This document shows positions 58,282 to 64,000 of a stretch of 64,000 nt of DNA, piece after piece; position 1 is the first letter of the stretch; every line of letters starts with the position of its first letter. This DNA comes from Planctomycetota bacterium. Lineage in GTDB: Bacteria > Planctomycetota > GCA-002687715 > CAIWVZ01. The position numbers and the translations under genes are program-made. The stretch is taken from positions 96,001 to 160,000 of the forward strand of contig JBGANV010000009.1 of the NCBI GenBank assembly GCA_044222185.1, given 5' to 3'. The notes beneath the pieces were generated by a model. That model had not been told where the DNA came from. It made no database searches and saw only the letters and a program-made list of their open reading frames with translations.

Positions 58282-59472
58282 TCAGGCGAGCGGCGTGATC
58301 TCCGCTGGCACGATGCGCGTCGGCGACGGGTGTCGCAGGTGCTTCAGCGCCTGGGCGACGAGCCGCCGGAAGTCGAGCGTCATGCGGACGTCTCCGTCGT
58401 CCAGGTTGGCGAGGTCCGGATGGTCTCCGATCACGCCCGCGGGCACGTCGCCACCGAAGACGAATGCGGGCGCGGCCGAGCCGTGATCCGTGCCGCGGCT
58501 GCCGTTCTCCGCCGTCCGGCGCCCGAACTCCGAGTAGACGATGACGAGCACGCGCGAGCCGAGTTTGCGCGCGGCGATCGCTCGCGCGAATGCGCCGAGC
58601 GACGCGTCGACGTCGGCGAGCAGAGTTCCGTGCACCTCCGCTTGCTGGGCATGAGTGTCGAATCCGCCCGTTCGCACGAAGATCGCCGGCACGGACAGCC
58701 CGCCGATGATCAGGCGCAGCGCGTCGGCGAGCTTTTCGCCCAAGGGCGATCCGGGGAATTCGTCGCCGCGGAGATCCATGCGGGCGACGTCGTCGAGGCG
58801 GTCGAGAAGGCGACGCGCCGACGCCGCCGTGGCGCGATCGACGGCCGAACCCCAGCTGGCATCGAGCTTCTCCAGCGCCTGCGAGCGCATGCGGTCGCGG
58901 AGCGATGCCGCCGGAAGCAAGTCGTGTAACGACTCGCAAGCGGCGGTGGGCCGATCACTTCCTTGGAGGACGCGCGGCAGCGCGCGGTCACCGAGGCAGA
59001 GTCCTGGCAGCGGCGCGGCCGCGGCCGTGAGGTCATGCAGTGCGCGGCCAAGCCACCCTTCCTCCTTCGGCGTGCGCGCGACGCTCGCCGTGTGCCAGCG
59101 ATCGAGCGAGAGGAAGTGGCTGCGGTCCGCATCGGGCATGCCGACGCCTTGCACGACCGTGAGGCCGCCATCGCGAAATAGCCGCGACAGGCGGCCGAGC
59201 TGGGGGGCAAGTCCGACGACGTCATCGAGCTTGTGGACGGCGTCCGCGGCGATGCGCAGCGACGGTCGTGCCCGGTGGTATCGATCGTCGGCGAACGGCA
59301 CGACGGTGTTGAGTCCATCGTTGCCGCCCGTCAGTTCGACGAGGACGAGCGTGCGATCGTCATCGGTGCGAAGACCTGCGAGCCCGCGCACGAGCGCGCG
59401 CAGCGGCCCATCCAGCAGAACGCCGCCCATGGCCAGCGCCGTCGTGCGAAGGAAATCCCGTCGATGGAGCAT
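58282..59472 (-). CDS. DUF1501 family protein (Tat signal)
   Basis: RRDFL, LTGGNDGLNTVVP, DRSHF, GGFDTHA and YSEFGRR..ENGSRGTDHG. Confidence 0.92.
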   Translation of the reverse strand: MLHRRDFLRTTALAMGGVLLDGPLRALVRGLAGLRTDDDRTLVLVELTGGNDGLNTVVPFADDRYHRARPSLRIAADAVHKLDDVVGLAPQLGRLSRLFRDGGLTVVQGVGMPDADRSHFLSLDRWHTASVARTPKEEGWLGRALHDLTAAAAPLPGLCLGDRALPRVLQGSDRPTAACESLHDLLPAASLRDRMRSQALEKLDASWGSAVDRATAASARRLLDRLDDVARMDLRGDEFPGSPLGEKLADALRLIIGGLSVPAIFVRTGGFDTHAQQAEVHGTLLADVDASLGAFARAIAARKLGSRVLVIVYSEFGRRTAENGSRGTDHGSAAPAFVFGGDVPAGVIGDHPDLANLDDGDVRMTLDFRRLVAQALKHLRHPSPTRIVPAEITPLA

Positions 59473-59473
59473 C

Positions 59474-60760
59474 TCAGCACCTCTGGAAATCGGGATGGGC
59501 GAGGATCAGTCCGATCGCAAGCGCGCGTGCATCGTCGCCGGCCTCACGCGCCGCGGCGAGGATCACGCCCGCCTGGTCGTCGGCGAGCATCAGGGCGAAC
59601 TCGTCGTGTGCGACGGCGATCAGCGACGACGTCGACTCGAGGGCGCGCTGCGCGAGCGTGCTCACGGCGTCCACGGTGCGGACGGCCTTCACCGCGGAGT
59701 CGAACGTGAACGAACGGCGCGCAAGCAGCGTGGCGGGGTTGATCCACGACGCGCCGCCCGCATAGCCCTTTACCGTCGGCGGATCGAGAAGCGACTGCCC
59801 CATGCGCTGACACGCGCGTGCGAGCTCGCGGGGAGCGGTGCGGGGGCCGAGATGGCGGGTCGTCGCCACGACGAGCGCCGCGGGGGTTCGCGTGACAGCG
59901 AAGCGGTGGCGCGGCGCGAAGAACGTGTCCGATCGCAGGATCTCCGAGACGATCGCGCCGACGTGGCCGTCGTGCTCGCGCCAGCTCGTGGCGATCTCGT
60001 CGACGACGGCATCGTCCGGCGCGTCCGCGACGAACTGTCGGGCGAACTTGCGCGCCATGAACGTCGCCGTCGCGGGATGCGTGCACGTGATCGCGACGAC
60101 GGCATCGCCATCGAGCCGCCGGCGAATCCCCAGCACGCGTTTCTCGCCATCGTCGTGTGACGCGGCGGAGAATTGGAAACGCCCCGCCCGCAGATGCCAA
60201 CCGGTGAACGCCCGCGCCGCCTCCTGGATGTCGCGCTCGGTGTAGGGGCCCACTCCCATGGTGAAGAGCTCGAACAGCTCGCGGGCGAAGTTCTCGTTGG
60301 GCTCGGACTTGGTGGAGCGCTCGGAGTCGAGGTAGCGAACCATGGCGGGATCGCGCGCGACGGCGGACGTCAGCTGCTGGAACGGGCCCAGTCCCTTGGC
60401 GCGGAAGGTGGCCATCTGATCGAGCATCATCCGGCCTTCGCGCACCTTCGAGAGGGCGCTCACGAAGTGGTTGTGCCAGAAATGGACGAGCAGCTCGCGC
60501 AGCGGCTCGGCGGTCGTCGTGGCATGGAGGAGGAAGGCGCCCGCGAGGAGGTCGCGCTCATCCGACGTGCGCACGCTCGATTCGACGCGGTCGGCCTCCG
60601 GGTTGGCGGCTGGGGCGGCGCCGCCCAAGAGGCGGGCGATCGTCGCGTCGAGGCCGGATTCGACCGCGCGGGTGACGTCGGACGACGTCGCCGACCAGGA
60701 CGCGCGTCGCAGGAGGTGCGCCGCTTCGTCGCGACCGAATGGGCCCGCGAAGGGCTTCAT
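59474..60760 (-). CDS. DUF1800 family protein
   Basis: AAHLLRR, FWHNHF, DPAM..YLD, PNENFARELFELFTMG, ARAFTGW and PPTVKG. Confidence 0.92.
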   Translation of the reverse strand: MKPFAGPFGRDEAAHLLRRASWSATSSDVTRAVESGLDATIARLLGGAAPAANPEADRVESSVRTSDERDLLAGAFLLHATTTAEPLRELLVHFWHNHFVSALSKVREGRMMLDQMATFRAKGLGPFQQLTSAVARDPAMVRYLDSERSTKSEPNENFARELFELFTMGVGPYTERDIQEAARAFTGWHLRAGRFQFSAASHDDGEKRVLGIRRRLDGDAVVAITCTHPATATFMARKFARQFVADAPDDAVVDEIATSWREHDGHVGAIVSEILRSDTFFAPRHRFAVTRTPAALVVATTRHLGPRTAPRELARACQRMGQSLLDPPTVKGYAGGASWINPATLLARRSFTFDSAVKAVRTVDAVSTLAQRALESTSSLIAVAHDEFALMLADDQAGVILAAAREAGDDARALAIGLILAHPDFQRC

Positions 60761-62328
60761 CGCCGGGATTCCGGGGCGGTCGCCGGCCTCGCTGGCGCGA
60801 GGTTCAGCATCAGCGTGGCGAGCGCCTTCTCCACGTTGAAGCGAGCCGAGATCGTCGAGATCCGCGCCGCCACGTCGCCGAGCGTCTTCGCGACGGCGTC
60901 GGCTTCGTCCGAGGTCTTGCCCTCCTCCAGGATCTGTCGGCTGGCGATGAACGCGGCCGCGTCGCGCAGGAGCGTGGAGGCCTCGCGGCCACGGACGTCG
61001 AGCGAATCGCCCCGCAGGCGCGGCGTCGTGTGCCCGTCGAGAGCCTGGTCGACGAGGGCACGCACGATCGACGGGTGGGTGCCGAGGATGAGCCGATCGC
61101 CGGTGATCGCCATCGACGGAGCGAGTTGGAGCCGGTCGTCGGTCGGTTCGGGGAGCGCGTCGGCGAGATAGCTGGCGGACACGATCAGCACGTCGCGATG
61201 ACGCGCCGTCTCCTGGAGGAATCGAGGTTCACCTTTCTGCGCGCGGTCCGCGTTCACGATGCCCATGGTCGTCTGGAAGCCTAGGAGGATCTCCGTCTTC
61301 AGTCGCGGGTTCTTCACCTCGGCGACGAGGGCGGCGGTGGGGAAGCGGTGGGCGGTGGGCGCGGCGTCGTCGGGGAGCCGGGCGACGTAGGCGTCGAAAC
61401 CGGTGCCGAGACCGGCGAAGAGCTCTTCGACCTGAAGGCCGCCGAGGAGGATCGCCGCGTTGTTCTGGAACTCGGCGAGGCCGGTCTTGCCCTTGTCACC
61501 GATGAGCTTGTCGCGCTGCGACCAGAACGCCGAGAGGTTGCGCGCGAGACCGAGGTGGATGGCACAGCCCGTGGGCGGAGCGAGTGCGGGCAGCGTGGAT
61601 GCGTCGGGGGCGGCGAAGGCCTTCGTGGCTGGAAGCTCCTGGCACGGTGCGTCGAGGCGCACGTCGAGTGATGGCGAGAGGTCGAGCGTGCCGTCGACGG
61701 TGGGAGCGGTGGAGAGAACGCCGAGGACGTGGGCGGCGAAGAGGGCCGCGCCGATGTCCTTCGGGTGGCCGATGCCGAAGCGGATGGGCGCGAGTTTCTC
61801 CACGTTCGCGTGGAAGCGGATCAGCGCTGGGGATTCGGTTCGTGGAAGTCTGGACGAGAGGGCGTGCTTGGGATCGTCGGAGGTCTCGACGGCTTCCGAG
61901 AGGGAATCGGGGTCGTCGCTGAGGAGGAGGAATGCCCCGAGGCGTGTCGAGGCAGGCGCGGACCTGGCTCCCGTGAGTTTCACGATGGCGGATTCGACGG
62001 CGGTCGGGTCGTCGGTGGCGACGGCCAGGAGGACGTGCGGCTTGCCGGTGAGGCCGCCGGGGATGAGGCCGATTCCCACTCGGCGAGCCTTGGCTGCATC
62101 GAGGATGTCGAGGGCGCGGTCGAGTTGCGCGCGGGGGGTTTTGGGGATGACGTCGAGAAATGGGAGGGCGCGGACGCCGGCGATCGCGGCGGCCACGTCG
62201 GTGACGTCGACGTAGAGCGGAATGCTCGCGGGCATGACGTCGGCGGGGTTCGGGCGGAGTTGTGCGCGCGCGATGGTCGCGGCGACGAGGATCGTTGCGA
62301 ACGTTGCGACGATGGTGCGTGCGGACAT
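60757..62328 (-). CDS. Exported hypothetical protein, first gene of the DUF1800/DUF1501 operon
   Basis: Signal peptide, coherent codon use, and ATGA overlap with DUF1800. The start is uncertain (62328, 62340 or 62364). Confidence 0.75.
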   Translation of the reverse strand: MSARTIVATFATILVAATIARAQLRPNPADVMPASIPLYVDVTDVAAAIAGVRALPFLDVIPKTPRAQLDRALDILDAAKARRVGIGLIPGGLTGKPHVLLAVATDDPTAVESAIVKLTGARSAPASTRLGAFLLLSDDPDSLSEAVETSDDPKHALSSRLPRTESPALIRFHANVEKLAPIRFGIGHPKDIGAALFAAHVLGVLSTAPTVDGTLDLSPSLDVRLDAPCQELPATKAFAAPDASTLPALAPPTGCAIHLGLARNLSAFWSQRDKLIGDKGKTGLAEFQNNAAILLGGLQVEELFAGLGTGFDAYVARLPDDAAPTAHRFPTAALVAEVKNPRLKTEILLGFQTTMGIVNADRAQKGEPRFLQETARHRDVLIVSASYLADALPEPTDDRLQLAPSMAITGDRLILGTHPSIVRALVDQALDGHTTPRLRGDSLDVRGREASTLLRDAAAFIASRQILEEGKTSDEADAVAKTLGDVAARISTISARFNVEKALATLMLNLAPARPATAPESRR

Positions 62329-62411
62329 CACGGGCCCCATTCGATCTCCCGCTGCGGAATTCACGGCTGGGTCGAGTCTGCATCGTACCGGAGGACGGCC
62401 GGGTGGGTCGG

Positions 62412-63964
62412 GGAGCGCCGATTCACCGACGCATCGTCGGGAATCGGCCGGATCGCCGCGCGTCTCGCGCGGTCCGGGGTGTGTGGATGGTGGAGGGGTA
62501 TTCGAGGACTGACGTCGGCTTGATGATCTACGGTCGGCACGCGAATCGACGTCGGCCGGACCGGACTCCTCGGCTGCGCCTCGGTAGTCCGGCGATCCTG
62601 CCGGTCGCGTTCGAGCTTCGCTCGAAGTCGACCGGCGCTCCTTCGCGAGCGGGCGGGTGCGCGCGTGCGCGACGGCGTGCGGCGGAGGAGCGCTGATTCA
62701 CCGACGTCGCGTCGGGAATCGGCCGGATCGCCGCGCGTCTCGCGCGGTCCCGCATGCGTCGATCGCGGCGCCCCGCTCGAGGACCACGTCCCCGACATCG
62801 CAGCTTTTCGAAGACGATTGGATTCCGCGTCGAATCCGAGCGTCCCTCTCGACTGACGGAGCAACAGATCGTTGAGTCGGACGACGACGAGAATCTCGCG
62901 CGGGTATCTCCCGCACCGCCTCCTGCCGCGGTTGCAGTTCGTGACGGTTCGGCTCGCGGACAGTCTCCCCGTCGAGTGCCTCCGCAAATGGGACGCGCGT
63001 CTCGCGGCGGCGGAGGGTACGGAACGGCTGCGACTCCTGCGGTTGAAGCGCGCGGTCGAAGTCGAGCAGATCCTGGATGCCGGCTTCGGGTCTTGCGCCC
63101 TGGCCGACGAGCAGGTCGCCGGGATGATCGTCCGCGCGCTCGAGCACTTCGACGGAATCCGGTATCGGTTGCGGGCCTGGGTCGTGATGCCGAACCACGT
63201 GCACTTCGTCATCGAATTGACGGGGGCGTGGACGGTGCACGACGTCACTGGGAGTTGGAAGCGGTTCACTGGGCGAGAAGCGAACCGGTTGTTGGGTCGG
63301 TGCGGGCCGTTCTGGCAGCGCGAGTATTTCGATCGGGCCATTCGCGATGACGAGCATCTGCGGCGGGCGGTCGGCTATGTGGAGGCGAATCCTCTGAAGG
63401 CCGGGCTGTGCCGGTCGGTGTTCGAATGGAAATGGTCGAGCGCGCGCTGGCGGCATGGGGCGGGGAGGTTCGGGGCGCTGGGGGAGTGCTGAGAGGGAGT
63501 TGGCGCGCGGCGAGCGGTGTCGGCTTGATCATCCGGTGGCCCGGTGCGCGTCGGCGTCGGCCGGACCGGACTCCTCGGCTGCGCCTCGGTAGTCCGGCGA
63601 TCCTGCCGGTCGCGTTCGAGCTTCGCTCGAAGTCGACCGGCGCTCCTTCGCGAGCGGGCGTCGAACGCTCGCGCGCTCGTCGAGTTCTCGCGAGGGGCGG
63701 GCGCCAGGGCGCGTGCGTGACGGCGTGCGGCGGAGGAGCGCCGATTCACCGACGTCGCGTCGGGAATCGGCCGGATCGCCGCGCGTCTCGCGCGGTCCGG
63801 GGTGTGTGGATGGTGGAAGGGTATTCGAGGACTGACGTCGGCATGATGATCGGCTGTCGGCACGCGAATCGGCGTCGGCCGGACCGGACTCCTCGGCTGC
63901 GCCTCGGTAGTCCGGCGATCCTGCCGGTCGCGTTCGAGCTTCGCTCGGAGTCGACCGGCGCTCC
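62412..63964. mobile_element. RAYT locus: A-s1-B-s2-A-[tnpA]-B-s2-A-s1-B repeat array
   Basis: A modules at 62412, 62687 and 63735; B modules ending at 62641, 63646 and 63964. The array may continue past the window end. Confidence 0.88.
62872..63492 (+). CDS. REP-associated tyrosine transposase (RAYT; HUH/Y1, IS200-like fold)
   Basis: SRGYLPH, QFVTVRLADSLP, WVVMPNHVH (HUH), FWQREYFDRAIRD and YVEANP (catalytic Tyr). Confidence 0.92.
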   Translation: MSRTTTRISRGYLPHRLLPRLQFVTVRLADSLPVECLRKWDARLAAAEGTERLRLLRLKRAVEVEQILDAGFGSCALADEQVAGMIVRALEHFDGIRYRLRAWVVMPNHVHFVIELTGAWTVHDVTGSWKRFTGREANRLLGRCGPFWQREYFDRAIRDDEHLRRAVGYVEANPLKAGLCRSVFEWKWSSARWRHGAGRFGALGEC

Positions 63965-64000
63965 TTCGCGAGCGGGCGTCGAGTTCACGGCGCGCTCGTC

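Noticed and set aside
17402-63964. Repeat arrays as CRISPR
   Set aside because: The modules alternate in orientation, the linkers are themselves repeated rather than unique spacers, there are no cas genes, and a RAYT explains them.

Overview
GC-rich bacterial DNA, most likely Planctomycetota. This is inferred from the ECF sigma plus Ser/Thr kinase clusters, DUF1501/DUF1800, DUF1573, DUF1579, FGE-sulfatase expansion and carboxypeptidase-regulatory repeat proteins. I can support about 30 CDSs and 2 tRNAs. In order: three large secreted adhesin-like genes (HYR-like Cys repeats, ELWxxDGT propellers); a housekeeping block (DUF1573, DoxX/MauE, ETF-QO, tRNA-Cys, gltX, tRNA-Glu); a signalling/secretome region (trypsin-like and astacin proteases, 2 ECF sigmas, 3 Ser/Thr kinases, 4 FGE-domain membrane proteins); an amidase; a DUF1800/DUF1501 operon; and a REP-associated HUH tyrosine transposase (RAYT) inside a repeat array. 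Three observations stand out. (1) Seven secreted proteins with mostly unrelated cargo end in a similar ~110-135 aa beta-rich domain, and an eighth carries it N-terminally: a candidate lineage-specific sorting/anchoring domain. (2) The RAYT is flanked by two different double-hairpin GGAG repeats sharing one scaffold, and internally deleted copies are dispersed ~40 kb away. (3) A family of non-catalytic FGE-domain receptors has interchangeable cytoplasmic modules. All family assignments are by-eye motif recognition; no searches were run.
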